Below are positions 14,101 through 29,100 of a stretch of 64,000 bases of DNA, piece after piece. Origin of the DNA: Macrostomum lignano (lineage: Eukaryota); NCBI GenBank assembly GCA_002269645.1, contig NIVC01002232.1, positions 127,099 to 191,098 on the forward strand, read 5' to 3'. The translations under genes and the position numbers were made by a program. The notes below the pieces were generated by a model that was given only the letters and a program-made list of their open reading frames with translations, was not told the DNA's origin and did not search any database. Within the stretch, counting starts at the first letter, position 1. Each line of letters starts with the position of its first letter.

Positions 14101-17100
14101 ACAGTGGAACAAAGACCTATTCAGAATCTAAAAGAATAACTGTGGAACAAAGATCTATTCAGAATCTAAAAGAATAACAGTGGAACAAAGACCTATTCAG
14201 AATCTAAAAGAATAACTGTGGAACAAAGACCTATTCAGAATTTGAAGAAAAGGCAGTGTAACAAAGACTTGCCAAGTCTGCATACTAACAACAAAGACTC
14301 AATTCTCACAAGCCGCTCACCTGCAGAGTCTTATCAAAGAATCTATTGGCACTATGGCCCGAGCCGAAGCCCCATCCGTGCAGCATGTTGCCGCACACTT
14401 CGGCGTCCCGCTCAGCCCTGGTGGCCCTCGCCCACTCCTGGCCCTGCAGCAGCGGCCGGTCGAGGCACAGCAGAAATGCCGAACGCTCAATCTGGCGCAT
14501 TGCGCTGGCGTTGTCCGGGTGAGCCGCCACCAGCTGCGCCTTGGCGTCCGCCCAGCGGTCCCGGTGCATGGAGGACAGCAGGCCGACGCCACCGTTGGGG
14601 ATGGAGAATCGGCGCTCGGAGTGGCCTTCGACAATGTCCACCTGGGCGGAGGCGGGGGAGGAACAGCAGGTGCGTGTGTGCTGCTGCTTGACAGTAGCTG
14701 TGCAGGTGTCTGACAGTAGCTGTGCAGGTGTCTGACAGTAGCTGTGCAGGTGTCTGACAGTAGCTGTGCAGGTGTCTGACAGTAGCTGTGCAGGTGTCTG
14801 ACAGTAGCTGTGCAGGTGTCTGACAGTAGCTATGCAGGTGTCTGACAGTAGCTATGCAGGTGTCTGACAGTAGCTGTGCAGGTGTCTGACAGTAGCTGTG
14901 CAGGTGTCTGACAGTAGCTGTGCAGGTGTCTGACAGTAGCTATGCAGGTGTCTGACAGTAGCTGTGCAGGTGTCTGACAGTAGCTATGCAGGTGTCTGAC
15001 AGTAGCTATGCAGGTGTCTGACAGTAGCTGTGCAGGTGTCTGACAGTAGCTATGCAGGTGTCTGACAGTAGCTATGCAGGTGTCTGACAGTAGCTATGCA
15101 GGTGTCTGACAGTAGCTATGCAGGTGTCTGACAGTAGCTATGCAGGTGTCTGACAGTAGCTATGCAGGTGTCTGACAGTAGCTATGTAGGCGTCTGACAG
15201 TAACTATGTAGGTGCCTGACAGTAGCTATGCAGGTGTCTGACAGTAGCTATGTAGGTGTCTGACAGTAGCTGTAGGCAGTAACTATGTAGGTGCCTGACA
15301 GTAGCTGTGAGGATGTCTGAATAAAGGCAGCTCCTACCAGTTGAGCCAACACATCTGGCAGCGGCAGGGGTTCCCACAGGCCTCGCTGAGCATCCTCGGG
15401 TCTGAGCAGCTGCACCCTATAGAACTGGTTCTCGTAGGCGACCACCATGTAGTCGCTGGGCCGTCCATCCCATACGAGCTGGGCGTCCCGGACAGGCTGG
15501 GCCAGACGGCAGGTGCCCAGCACACCATAATACTGGCTCATATCCAGCGGCGCGTTCCGCAGCCGTTCAACGGGAAGGCTGCCCTCTGCCAGGAGGCGTT
15601 GAAAGTCCACCAAGCCGAGCGCGGCCTCGGCGCAGAAGGCCAGCCAGTCCGCCCGGCTGCAGAAGCGCTGGCGGGGCAGCCGGACTCCCGGATTCACGTT
15701 GATGACGGAGGACTCTCGGAAACCCAGGTAGGCAGTGTTCACCCACCAGTCTGTGAGCTGTTGGGAGGTTGGGGTTCGAAGCTTAGGGAATTATTGAGAC
15801 CTACCCAGTGGGGAAAAAAATCGAGCGCACTGTGGGCGTAGTATGCCTAAGGTACGCCAGGGATGCGCTCTGAAAAATATTAAAAGGTTATTTTTTCTAG
15901 TCAAGCTATGTGGATTATCATCAAAACTTAATTTTCAGGATGTTTAAACAATAATAAAAGAAAAGAAACCATATTTAAATGTTGCTCAGCTTAGTACGCT
16001 TCACAATCCTTTGGGCGCACTGTTTGGGCGACTGTGCTAATTTATTGAAATTATTTGTGAAAATGAAAGCCAATTGTTTAACACTGCACACATAGCAATA
16101 TTTTTATCATATTAACGTCCTTTGTTTATTATTAACACATGAAAAGCAATTATTTTAGTAACATAGTGCATGCATGATTTTATACTGAAATACAAAAAAA
16201 TTGTTGCAGAAAATCTGCCTCGTTTTTTTCTTCAAGTGTCTACTTATAGTAGAGCAGCAATGATAGAAAATTATTTTGCCTCGTAGTGTTACTGCGTCAC
16301 ATCGTACAGCTGACTCAGACTGATGCTAATCGGGTGCTCATTTCACACATAGGTCACACTGGTCTTAAGCTAATCGATTTTCAGACTTGATTTATAAATA
16401 TTGACCAGTGTGAATAAATTCCGGTACCATTTTCAAAGTTATGCCAGTCGAATCACATTTTTCAATATACAAGCACTTTAACCATTACCCTCATATTTAG
16501 AGGAGACTGAAGAGGAGAAAGGAAAGAGGAAAGAGGAGAGAGAGATGAGAGGAGAGAGGAGAGCTGAGAAGAGTTATAAACATTGAGCTGGCCGGATTGC
16601 TATTGTGAAGTTTCACAAGCCCTCGGACCGGAGTTTGCCTACTCCTGGCAATTGTCGGAAACCTCGAATATTGGACAGGAAGCATTTCAAGTTCCAACCT
16701 CTCCCCAATTTTAGCTTGAACTGTATCTCTAGTTATACTCATGCATGTCTAATTTACTCTCATTGAATCTGACTTATTAATGTAAATGTCAAAAATATCA
16801 GGGTAAAGAGGTGGATTTATTGGGGTTGGGACTCCCAAAAATACTTTGCTAGAACATATTGCGCCCTCTAAACTTGATTTTTCGCCCCTACACGCACTTG
16901 TAATTGCGCCCCCTAGCTTAAAAAATGGCGCCCCTCATACTCATGTTGGTGCCCCAGACTTGAACCGCCCCCCCCCCTAAATTGCAGCTAAAGTGCATGT
17001 GAAGTGCATTTATCGATTGCACACTTGCCAATTTAATTTATACTCTTTAATGACTCCATGTTGAATGCTTTGCAGGTAATCCTGTCGGACGATGTCGAAC

Positions 17101-20100
17101 CGAGCTCCATTCGGTTCGTACGTGAGCTGAAGACACGGAAGAAGCGACTACGCGACGTGCTAGCTCTCGTCCAACCCCCGAGTCTTTACGGAGGCGGATT
17201 TGAGAAATTCACGTCGTCAGTATCAGTCGCAGGTTAGTACTGCCAAAAGAAAATATGTCGTGTCGTTCGTAGTGACTTTTAGGGGATTGGATTCTAACCT
17301 TATCCATCCACCCCGCCGTCTATCGACAGAATGTTCCCATCGGCTCTGCATCCGATTCCGACGGGGTTTTTTTGGAGCCTCCTGTGCATTCACCGGAGCG
17401 TCCATCGGTCGCTGCGTGCCCTGGACAGGACGTCCCAGCAACAGAAGCCCAGTTGCTCGCCGACTCCGAAGGAATTCACTGCGCAGCAGATGCAGTGGAG
17501 CCCTCCAGCATCCCGAAGAGCACAAGTACCGTTGATGTAGCGCAAGAGGCGACACTTGAGGTGTCGGATTTGTCAGATGCGGCATGTGAGGTATTGGAGG
17601 ATGCGGCACCAGAGACGCTGGGAACGGCCTTGAAGTCGCGGGATGCGACAAGCGCGGGAAGTGACACGCCGGATGCAGCCCCGAAAGCGCTTTTAACAAT
17701 TCCGACGGGGTCAGCAGGAGCAAGCGATCAATGGCCGGACAATATTAAAAGCCTAGAGCACCAACTGCGAGAAGCCGCTGGTGGCCCGCTTTGTAACGCG
17801 CAAGGGCTTCTTTTCGTCATGCTGACGACGCTTCGGGAGCTCTCCGTGCGCAACACGCGATTACAGCAGCACCAAGCCCAGATGTCGCAGGAACTGCATG
17901 GTGTCCGGGCAGAGGTCGAGCGCTTATCAGCACTGCTCAATCCTGAAATGGCTGAACTGAATTCCACGTTCTGGCCAATCAGCTCCTGGAATGAGTACAT
18001 CAATTTTGCTACCGCTTTGCCGTCTGAGCACCTGACATCTTTGGTGAGTTTTCTAGTTCATTAGTATAGCAAATTTATGAAGCCGAGTGGTGAAATCACC
18101 AGAATCATCAGAATTACTCAGGGATTTAGACGTCTGCCGCTTTCTCCTCTCATCCTCCCTCTCTCCTCCGCCCTCTCCTCCCTTCTCTCCTCCAATTTTC
18201 CTTTATGACATTCCTGTGCTGCTCAGAAATACTCAGGGATTTAGATAGAAATCAAATAGTCATCCACCGTCTCATCTCATTCAGAGGCGCCAATTGCATC
18301 TTTGCCGGCGGCCACGGTGGCAAGACTCACTACGTGCAATGTTGGACCTCACACTGACGCCCGAACTTCAAGCCGCCGTGAACTTTATTGGTACTGGCAT
18401 GCAAGACAGGGCTCGAGCTGGCGGCCTTCTGCGAGTGCAGCTGCAGCTTCAGCAGCGCTGACGGCTAGCCCGAGACCTCCCTCAGCCGCTGCAGCGACAA
18501 CACCATCAGCTGTTTCTGCAACGTCAGCGCGCCGGCAGTCGGCAAGTGCAGCGCCGTCGCCCTCGGGTACCTGGCGGCCTTCTGCGAGTGCAGCAGCAGC
18601 TTCAGCAGCGCTGATGGCTAGCCCGAGACCGCGACCTCTCTCAACCGCTGCACCAACATCGCTATCGGCTGCTTCTGCAATGTCAGCGCGCCGGCAGGCC
18701 ACGAGTACAGCACCTGCTGCGGCGCCGCTTACAACGCTCTCGGGTAGCGGACAACCTGCCTCAGCCGGTTGTCGAGAGCGCCGGTACGCAGCGCTAGACG
18801 ACACAGACCGGGTCAGCAGCCGCTGCAGGCGCAGTCGGTCTTAATATCCCGCCTGGACTTTGGTCCGCTTATTTGTCCGATTCCCATCCGATTTTTGACC
18901 GATTTCCGTACGAAATTCAGAAGCGGGCGAAATTCACCCGGTTTTCGTCCGATTTCGACGTCGTACGAAGCTGCGGACCAAATATCGGGCGAATCATCCG
19001 CTTCTTTTTGATGTTTCGTCCGAATTTCATTCGATTTCTCCTCCGCTTTCATTCCAGGCCAAAAGCGGACGAGAAAGTGGACGAGAAAGCGGATGAATTT
19101 CGGATGAGGGAAAAATTTGTCCGATCTGTCGTCCGGTTTTTTATCCGACTGTTTGTCCGCTCCAATTTCAGAAAAATGCGTGCAGGCCGATACTTTGTGA
19201 ACTGTATAAATTTTTTCGCTCTTGTTTGCGTTCGGTACTGTATTCAGCGTTGGCCTAAGCCACGTTTTTTTAAAACGCTTCGTTATTGCAATTACTTCAA
19301 CTGTACCATTTTGTGCTCACTTATGACACTATTGTTAAATAATAACTGAACCAATTCTGCTATGCAAGTTGCAGCCTTGACCTTCCGATCCTTATTTCAA
19401 CAGCCTTAAATAATCTTAAAATCAGTATATACATAGGTGCCGTCATTTAATATTAGTAAGTAGTAATAATTATTAATGGGTAGTTATTATTGGTAGTATT
19501 AATTATAGTATAGTATAGCTTAGAATAGTATTATAGTTTAGCTGAGCATAACATAGTATAGTATTAGTATAGTGTAGCTTAGTATCAGTAAGCTAGGTGA
19601 ATTCAGCTTCGTGTGTCACTCAATCTTACAGCATAAACAATGGAGAATGACGAAGATGACGCTAAGTTTCGTCGTGCACAGTTCATGAAGCGCTATCGCG
19701 TACGCGCGGAAGATTCAAGACCGCGCTCGGCGACGATCCCACTCACGTTCTCCGCTCCGAGTTGGGCCACCAGGCGAACAATCGGGTTCTTCTGTTGCTT
19801 GCGTACCACCGGTTGAGGACAATGACGCCAACAGTAATGCGGCTGCCAATGGCAAACATGGTTCTGCCGGAACGTCATGTCCAGGTGGGACTTTTAACGT
19901 TTTGTGGTTTTCTTTTATTTGCTAAGCGTGTCGGGTCGTGACTTGCAAGCCAGATTTCGCAATCTTCGTTATATAACATTATCGCGTTAGCCGGTCTATT
20001 TTGCTTTTACCACAAGACGACTCTTTATGATGCATTGTTGCCCCCAACTGTGTCACATATTAGGTCCCACTGGCAGCGCTTCATCCAGTCAGTCTGGCGA

Positions 20101-23100
20101 GGACGCCGCTGCTCAGTCAGCTGACGAGGATGCAGCCAATCAATCAGCTGACGAGGATGCCGCTGCTCAATCATCTGACGAGGATGCCGCTGCTCAATCA
20201 TCTGACGAGGATGCCGCTGCTCAATCATCTGACGAGGATGCCGCTGCTCAATCATCTGACGAGGATGCCGCTGCTCAATCATCTGACGAGGATGCCGCTG
20301 CTCAATCATCTGACGAGGATGCCGCTGCTCACATCTGTTTGCAGTCGTCCGGTGAGGACGCCGCCGACAATGATGACGATAATGAGGGTGACGACGAACC
20401 GCAGCTGCAAGACGAAGTACTGCAGCAGAGATGGCATGAAGCGTTGCCTGTCTCGTTCGGCGAAGCAATGGTCGAAATCCATCTCTGTGCCAGGGATCTG
20501 CGCCTTCCACGGGGCGGCACTACCAGAATTTTGGCAATGCTGCGCCGTCTTGTGCCGAACAATATTCTCCCACGGAAAAGCGCTTCTGAATGCATCCAGA
20601 TCGTCACAGTCGATTTTGGGCACTGCCTCGTGTCACACGGTATGCAATAACTGTCACCGTAGCAACCGTGGTCGGTGCGATCCAAATGAATCGCTTTGCG
20701 AACACTGTAATTCAAATAAGGTGAATAACTTTTGGACATTCAACATCCGACGACAGATCCAAACGCTAGCTAGCTCCTGTGGCCTTATGGAGAATGTCGT
20801 CTTCCCTGCTGACCAGATCGTCGATCCTGGCGTTGTCCACTTTGTGAATGGGGACCTGTATAGGTGTTTCCTCGAAACCATTGATCCTCAAAGTCGCAGT
20901 GACCTGACATACACGTTCTGCGCCGACGGTTTCTCTCTTTTCTCCACTAGCGGTGTTGAAATGTGCCCAGTGTATCTGTGTGTAAACGAAGTTCACGACA
21001 GGCTGAAGTCGCGATTCGTGATCATATGCGGTGTCTGGGCGGGCAAGCAGAAGGTGCATCCGAGGGCTTTTCTACCCATCGTCGTTGACGAGCTAACATT
21101 GCTCCGAACTCGTGGACTCTCAATTACTGATGGTCATGGCGTGCGACATCACATTCGTCTGCACCCAGTACTAGGTCTTTTTGACGCGCCAGCTCGAGCG
21201 GATGCGTTGTGTATGAAGCGCTTTTCTGCCAAATTCGGATGTGATAAGTGCTACATTCAATCAGCGCTACACCCTTCCGGATTCGGCCGCATATTCAAAG
21301 TGGAAATTACTCCAGCTATGCTGCATGCGGCAGCTCGGCTTGGATGCGTGCAAACGACTGTCCGCTCGATGAATGATACACACACCCTGGCGGAGTACCA
21401 CGACCGACACGTTCACCAGCCCAACGCAGACACTCTAGGTGTTCGTGGGCACTCTCCACTAGGACGGTTAGCTGGATTCGACTTTATCAGAGGGACCACG
21501 CCATGCTACTTGCATCAGCTTGAGGCGGGCCTGTTTAGGAGAATGCTGTTCCAGATGCTTCTTGTCCAGCATGAGAAACCCGATCGCGGCCATAGCAACT
21601 GTCCCGACTTGCATACTCGGTCAGCCGAGATAGACGAGCGTCTGCTGAGGATCAGAGTACCGCGGTGTGTGCAGCGCCATACTGTCCGGCCCGTGAGGGA
21701 ACTGCGGCACCGGCGTGGTCACGAGTTGGAGATGTGGCTGCTCATTTACGCCCCGCTCGTTTTGCAAGGCATTCTCGCTGACTCACACTATCAGCACCTG
21801 TGCATCCTATCTGCTTGTGTCTTCTGGATGAGCAGGGAAGGGTCACCGATGAGCGAGCTGCAGCACGTCGAGGTCTCGCTGCGACATTTTCACGCCAATC
21901 TAGTTCGGCTGTACTAAGCGAGGGCTTTGACCTACAATGCGCACCAGGTGTGCGTGCATATGCTGCCGCATGTGTCTCTGGCTGGTCCACTGCACAAGCA
22001 GTCTGCCGGACTTTTTGAGTCCATGCATACCAAGCTTCGGAGACTTCTTCACGGCTCACGCCGAACGGATGTGAAACTGGTCGGTGCAGTGGAGCGGTGC
22101 TTCGCCACAATTCAATCGGGAGCGCGACTTCGGGTCAACGAGGCCCCACAGCCGGTTGCCATGCGCCGTACAGAATCCACTGTCATAAATGGCATTCTGC
22201 TCCTGCGTCCCGCTAGTATGGTGAACGGCTGGCGCAGTGTCACCTTGCCATCTGGTTGGACTTTTGAAGTCTTTAAACTGACGGGTGCAGATCAGGCAGG
22301 GCACGTGGATCAGCGCCGAATTCCATCTGCGTTTGTTGCTGTTGTGGGCTGTCAACCTACAGTGTTCAGGTTTGCCCGCGTTCAAAATCTGCAACTCGTC
22401 GGCCAGGAGGTCATCGTCGGACTTGCTAGTTTGCCTGTCCTTCATTCGGACTGGAATCCGTTGGAAGCGCTGGCTGCTGTTCCCGCGACTTCGCCGAATC
22501 GCGGTTGCTCCTTCGCTCACATCCGGCAGCTGGCAGCCGATCCATTTGGAAACCTAGGTGACGAATTTCAGGTCCCTGTGACCGACATTCTCGGCGCATG
22601 TGTTTTGACGGACACGCATATTGCCTTGATGCCGCATCCGCAGACTTGTTTTGCTTAGGCACCTGTCTGCATGCATTATTTATGCTCCTACGTCTTGCAG
22701 CATATGCTTCCAAACATACTTGCTATTGTCACATGGTCATGCTTATGCTACTTACATGCTTACATTAGAAATATGTGCTATGTTTTTCTTCTTCGCTGAT
22801 GTCACTCGTTTTTTATAACTCTGGCATCTCATAAATTGATCCACTGTAATACCTTGTATCATAAATTCACACTTTTACGCCGGTGCGTGACTGGCGACTG
22901 CGTCGGCTGCTTCCAGCTGCTGTTAATGCGAGAATTGTTTAGCACGAGCACGAGAATCGCGCAATAAGGACTGCTATAAATTATATATTTGTGCTGACAT
23001 AAGTACACAGATGAGGTGGAATGATTAAACGCTTTCCCCACTTAAATTGCTAATACCTAGAACCACACGTTGCTGCTTCGTTGTTTTCCTTACGAATATC

Positions 23101-26100
23101 GTCTCAGGCTATAATGGAAGGGTTTTATACGCCTCGTGACGTCATGACAACTACTTCCACTACTTCTATGTTCATTGATTTTCAGCAAGCATTCATGGAG
23201 AAGCGTCCAAGACCTGCAAAGTGGCTTCGGAAGGAACAACCGATTGAGGAGCGCTGGCTGCGCGAAATGCGCGCCAGTGTAGTAGCGAAACAAGCTGCTG
23301 TCTCCGCTGACGCTGTTCGGACTAATGTCGAATATTCCGCTGGTGCAGGTGAACCGGAAATGGAAGCGCAGTCGGAAAATCTATTCGCCTTCTACGGCAA
23401 CCTGAGTCCGGCCAGTAGGGCCCATATTGCGGCTGAGCAGAACTATTTCTTCGACGTCGGAGCCTCCGAACCAGCTTCGACTCTAGAGACTGCAGAATTA
23501 CGTTCGAGCACTTGCATAAATGAGGCTCATGATGAAAGAGCCCGACTGCACGAGAAATGTGTTCGGGCGCTACAGCGCGCAGAAGTTGCCGTGCAGGTAA
23601 GAATTTATGCACGTATTGGTGGGAGGGTTACTTAGTAGAGAAAATCGGGACTGTTAACTTCAGCATGTCTTTATTTATACCATCTGTAGGAATACCGCGA
23701 AGCAATGGATGAGCTCGAGACTTTCGATCTTCGCAGTCAAGGCGAGTCAGTCTCTGTGTGCTGTACAGGCAGTTCTCTGTTTGCTAACTTCGACCCCGAC
23801 TCCAATAGCCGCTCGCCATCACCTGTCTTCAACAAGACTGTAAATGTCTGCTCGTACCGCGCTTACGTAGAGGGCCGGCACTGGTCGGAAGATGGAATGA
23901 ATGGCCTTCTTGCCGCAGCCGCGGAGGAAACTGAGGGAACAATATATTCGATGTAGCCCGTTTCTCCTTACAATTATATCCAGAATATATGTACCTGAAA
24001 ATGGGATTCTGCAAATCCTGAAAATTAGTGATAACTAATTTCCCCCCGTCCCCATCGATCGCGGATCAGCATTGAAATCGGTTAAAGCATTTAACACACA
24101 TTTCCACAGCTTCTATATATTTGTCCATGTACTGGCGGTATAACCGCGATGAACAATGTCATTGATCGGCGAATAATAAAATATAATTCCTCAAGCTTCC
24201 ACTTTCTGCACTTTCCGTTCCTCTTTTTATTTGCTTCATTTCTTAGTGGCTAAATGATGAATAGTATGAGCTACTTAGAAAGTATTTTGCTAATTACATA
24301 TAGGATTCCTCGAAACACCTTCATTTGCAGCCCGTGCAGCGCAATGACGTCCAAAGCTTCTGGCAAGGCATCCGTGAAGACAGCTACGTCGGAATCGTCT
24401 ACAGAAAAAAGAAAGCGCAAGGCTTCCAACCATTGTCAGCAGCCTGCTAAACCACACAGCAAGAAGCCATCCAAGAAAAGTAAGTCGCATTCCTGCGACT
24501 CGGTTGCAGCGCCTCGAGGTTCGAAACAGTTGAATCCAACTGCTGTCTCGGCGCCTCCAACTGCTGTCTCGGCGCCTCCTGCTGCTGTCTCGGCGCCTCC
24601 TGCTGCTGTCTCGGCGCCTCCTGCTGCTGTCTCGGCGCCTCCTGCTGCTGTCTCGGCGCCTCCTGCTGCTGTCTCGGCGCCTTCAACTGCTGCAGCCCCG
24701 ACTGAAATTGCAGTGTCGCTCGAGGCTGAAAACGCTGATAACGATCAGGAAATTGGTGAAATGCAGGGCTACAAAATGGAGGACAAAGAGCGTTTTTTTG
24801 TGTTTCAATACAAACACTTTCACATGCGTACAGAGGTTGTCTCCACATCAAGTAGTACTGCGCCGCTCATTGTGTCTCGTCGACGTGGAGTGATTGGGCG
24901 AATCGCGATTGGCGAAGAAGTCCTGATCGTAACCGCAAAAACAAATCGCCAGAAGGCTAAGCGCTGGTTTGGCACCTTCATCAAGGGGCCATTCCAGAGG
25001 AAGGCCGAGGCTACCGGCGAGGCGGCCATGACAAACGTTCATGCCACACCAGTTGACCTGCCTAGAGCGTGCGCCTCATGCCACAGCCTTCTCATAGAGC
25101 TTCAGCGGAGCTCGAGCCTAGTAGAAACACTGCGTGAGAATCGTTCCCGTATATAACTACCAGTATACTCGCATAAATCGTGATCGCAAAGATGTTACAT
25201 ATTGCCTCGGTAATAATGCGAATGCGCTTTTTCACAATTATATTGCACAGGTACTGAACTCCGCAAGAAGGCGTCATTGGAGCAGACTTTCAACAGCCAA
25301 CTGGACGCCCTAAAGGAGCGAAATAAAGTACTGACGAAGATGGAGTCGTCACTTCTCCGCGAACTCCAAGCAGAGCAGCGGCGCGCTGCCGCACTGGAGC
25401 ACAGAGCGACGCAGTGCAACGCCTTACTTACGCAAGCCTCGACCATGCTCTGTGGCAACGTGTCGGCAGCGACAGTCGTCCTGTCCGACGAACATTCAGA
25501 GGAAGAAGCCGTCCACGCCGAGCAGCGTCAGGATAGCGAGGCAGACTTTGCAGTACAAGTCGACACGTGCTTGTCAGCTGCACAGACACGTGCATTGCTC
25601 AATGTGTGTGCGAAAAGCTCCGCAGCGGGTGAAGCGTCGTCTTCCGACTCCTCTTTGAAAGTGCCGCTGTCGGAAAAGCAGCCGTACGTCCTTGTCAAAC
25701 CAAAAAGAAAAATGGAGCTGCAGACGAGCTTGCAGAATTGGAAGGATGTTGTCGCCAAGACGAGTGCCGAGTTGGTCCAAACGGAGGGGCACATAGAGAT
25801 GCGCAGCACTGCACGTCTGACAGTGATACGCAGCCTTCTTCGATGCCTGTTTAGCGACGCGGAGTTTACTAACAGCTCCATCTCCGGTCGCAAGTCACGG
25901 GGCCGTGTCTGCCTGGCAGCCAATCCGGCGAAGATTGCCACCGCGGAACTGTGGCTGTCAGCTGAAGGCGTTGACTACAGTCCGCGCGATTTTAAGCGGT
26001 CGTTTAACAGGTGCGAAGATAAATATATGAATGCTGCTTCTATAGCTTTATATTAAAGGCGCTCCGCTCCGCTCTTTAATACTCGTATAAAGCTATAGAA

Positions 26101-29100
26101 GCAGCGCTTAGCACCTTACCTTAGCGCTAAGGTGCAGCTAGGTTTTAACTATCCATTCCAGGTGCACTGAGACGGCTCGGAAGCGCGCCGGACAATCGGT
26201 CAGTACGACAGTAGCAAGCAGTGGACGGCGTGCTGCGGCAGCTGTAGGCAATAAAAAGCCGATACGCAAGCGCGGCGCGAAGGTAGCTGCGAAGACGACA
26301 TCAACATCGGCAGCAAGCTCCTCAGCTTCAGTGGTACTCCGTGTTATCACTGAAGGCGAGGCGGATGAGGCGGAGTCGCACGCCTTGCCTATTTCCTCGA
26401 TGACGACATCTGCCAATCAAATCGTTTCAGATGTCAGTCACCTCATGGGCGACGAGCATGCTGAACGTGCTGAACAGGACATGCTGAACGTCTTGCTCGA
26501 TTCGTAAACTGCAGTTAGTGTGGTACAAGGATCGTAACATTTTGGTTGTAGGATTCTAGGATTTCTGGTTCTTTAATCGGTTCTTAGGAAAAAGGAAAAT
26601 TTTATGATTAAAGTCAGGATTGAAGCGGCTCTCCTTTCGGGCCGGGGACCGCTTGGCTCACCTATCCTATAATTTTTCATTTATCTTTTTTTCTCGTTTT
26701 TTTTCTGTTAAAAACCGCAATTTGCAGTTTTCTGATTCGGGGGTTTTTTGGTACTACGCACGGCAATTTCGGAGACAAAATTCGAACGTAATTATGATAT
26801 GATCACACTCGAAGGAGTGATATACAGTTTGCCTTGATCGAAGAGGTATGGCCTCTGATATACAATGAGCAACTTTTACAGTTCCACTAAACATGTAATG
26901 GACTGTATTAGCAATAGGCTAATATTAGCAACATCATGGGAAGCTACGTGTAGTACCCTTTTTCCTCCGGGTTCGATCTTTCCAACTTGATTCCCTGTTA
27001 TGTCGATCAAACCCATATATAAGTATTGCCTAAATTTATATATACATATTTTAAAGTGATGTGTTCACTTTAAATTTCAATTTTAAAACAACGTTTTGCA
27101 AACTTAAAAGTCAACCATTTCGAGGCCGCCTTCCAAAACTACACTTGTAACACTTCTCTAGTACACTTCCTAAAGCAACGTTTTTGTGCTTTTTTGGTCA
27201 TTTCGCAATTTGACAATTTACCGCATTTGTCACTCACTAGCATTAAAATATAGACTATACGTCTATATTCTGTCCCTAAGTATAAGCATTTTTGCCGCTT
27301 GGCTTCAATTTAATACAACATTTATTTCTTATATACTCGGTGAATAAACTGAAATACAATTTACAGTGCCAGTCTGGATGCCAAGAATGACGTCAAGGAT
27401 GACGTCCATTTTTGCTATTTTCACAAATTAATTGACATTATTGTGGCTACGCTATTATATTTGAGGCCTTTACTTACTTTTCTGTCCGCATTTCACCCGC
27501 TTTTAATCCGCCTGCTCGTCCGAATCGCCAAATGAAGCGATTTCGTCCGCATTTCACCCGCTTTTAATCCGCCTGCTCGTCCGAATCGCCAAATGAAGCG
27601 ATTTCGTCCGCATTTCACCCGCTTTTAATCCGCCTGCTCGTCCGAATCGCCAAATGAAGCGATTTCGTCCGCATTTCACCTGCTTTTAATCCACCTGCTC
27701 GTCCGAATCGCCAAATGAAGCGATTTCGTCCGCATTTCACCCGCTTTTCATCCGCCTGCTCGTCCGATTTGTTTAGTCAGTGCTAAAGTGAAACGGACGA
27801 AGCATCGGCAGATAAACGGATCAAACACCGGACTAACGAGCGGACGAACGTCACGTGAGGTGAAGTTTTCGTCCGCTTTCGTAACTTTTCGTCCGCTTTG
27901 TCCGATTTTCCCTTATGGAAAAAATACATTATCAACCGGACGAACTATCGGATAAGTGAGCGGACGAAAGAACCGGATTAAAGTCCAGGCGGGATGTGGG
28001 CAGACAGCGAGTCTGCCGAGTCAGATTTAAGTTCTAACTCGGACACCGACTGGCGTCCGCCCCAGGGTTTTTTAACTGAAGCACCAAGTGCCAGGAAAAG
28101 GTCTCGAGAAGACAGTGACATTGACAGTGAATGATAGTTAAATTATTAAAGGAGGAATGTGCTGGATAGCAGTTAAAGTACCTTTTCATAATTTAAGACT
28201 GATCTTAATTAGAATGCACGATGGAATATCTCAGAATCGGTAGTGGGATCTTAAAAATTGTCATTTGTTTGTAACATATAAAAAATTTTACACCGAATGG
28301 AAACAAATAATATAAAAACTGTTCTTATTCCCTTTCTTCCTGAAAATTATTTGATGATTAGGAGATGGTATGCATTTTCAGTTAATGGTCAATAACCGGT
28401 CATTATACTGTGCAGGATGGTGCAACTACGCTCACGAAAGCGAGCTGCGCAGCTGCGCTCCAGGGTGGGTCCGATTAAGCATAATGTCTTCATCATACTA
28501 CTAAGAGTAGAATCAAGTGAATTTGTGCTGCCTAAAAATGTTACCGTACGCTCAGCGCCGGGCGCGGCGCCGACTTGGCGAGATCCATACAGTACGGCGC
28601 AATGTCGCCCCGAATTAAGCGCCGCCGTCTGCGTACGGTTAGGCGTACTAAAAATCCCCACTGGGTAGATTAGAGATTATAGCATTTGGAGATTAAGGAT
28701 TAGCATTCGCAGATTGGGGATTAGCATTCGCAGATTAGGGATTAGCATTCGCAGATTAGGGATTAGCCTTTGAAGATTAAGGATTAGCATTCGCAGATTA
28801 GGGATTAGCATTCGTAGATTAGAGATTAGAATTCGCAGATTAAGAATTAGCATTCGCAGATTAGGGATTAGCATTCGCAGATTAGGGATTAGCATTTGAA
28901 GATTAAGGATTAGCACTTGAAGATTAGGGATTAGCACTTGAAGATTAAGAATTAGAATTCGCAGATTAAGAATTAGCATTCGCAGATTAGGGATTAGCAC
29001 TTGAAGATTAAGGATTAGCATTCGCAGATTAGGGATTAGCAGTTGAAGATTAAGGATTAGCATTCGCAGATTAGGGATTAGCATTTGCAGATTAGGGATT

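Larger units (their letters stand above)
18848..27993 (+). mobile_element. EnSpm/CACTA (CMC superfamily) DNA transposon, 9146 bp, in CRAT intron 1
   Basis: Perfect 14-bp TIR CCCGCCTGGACTTT at 18848 and its reverse complement ending at 27993. 2-bp TSD AT on both sides. Subterminal CGGAC/GTCCG motif clusters, including a 61-bp tandem array at 27490-27760. Internal transposase. Confidence 0.9.

Noticed and set aside
13722-14240. CRISPR-like appearance of the 33-42-bp repeat arrays
   Set aside because: Head-to-tail units with no unique spacers, no cas genes, and a eukaryotic intronic context.
17075-18844. GC-rich ORFs at 17372-18064 and 18302-18844 in CRAT intron 1, with a coiled coil and an FWPISSWNEY segment reminiscent of transposon-associated proteins
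   Set aside because: No termini, TSD or unambiguous domain could be established. Possibly an older transposon relic interrupted by the EnSpm element.
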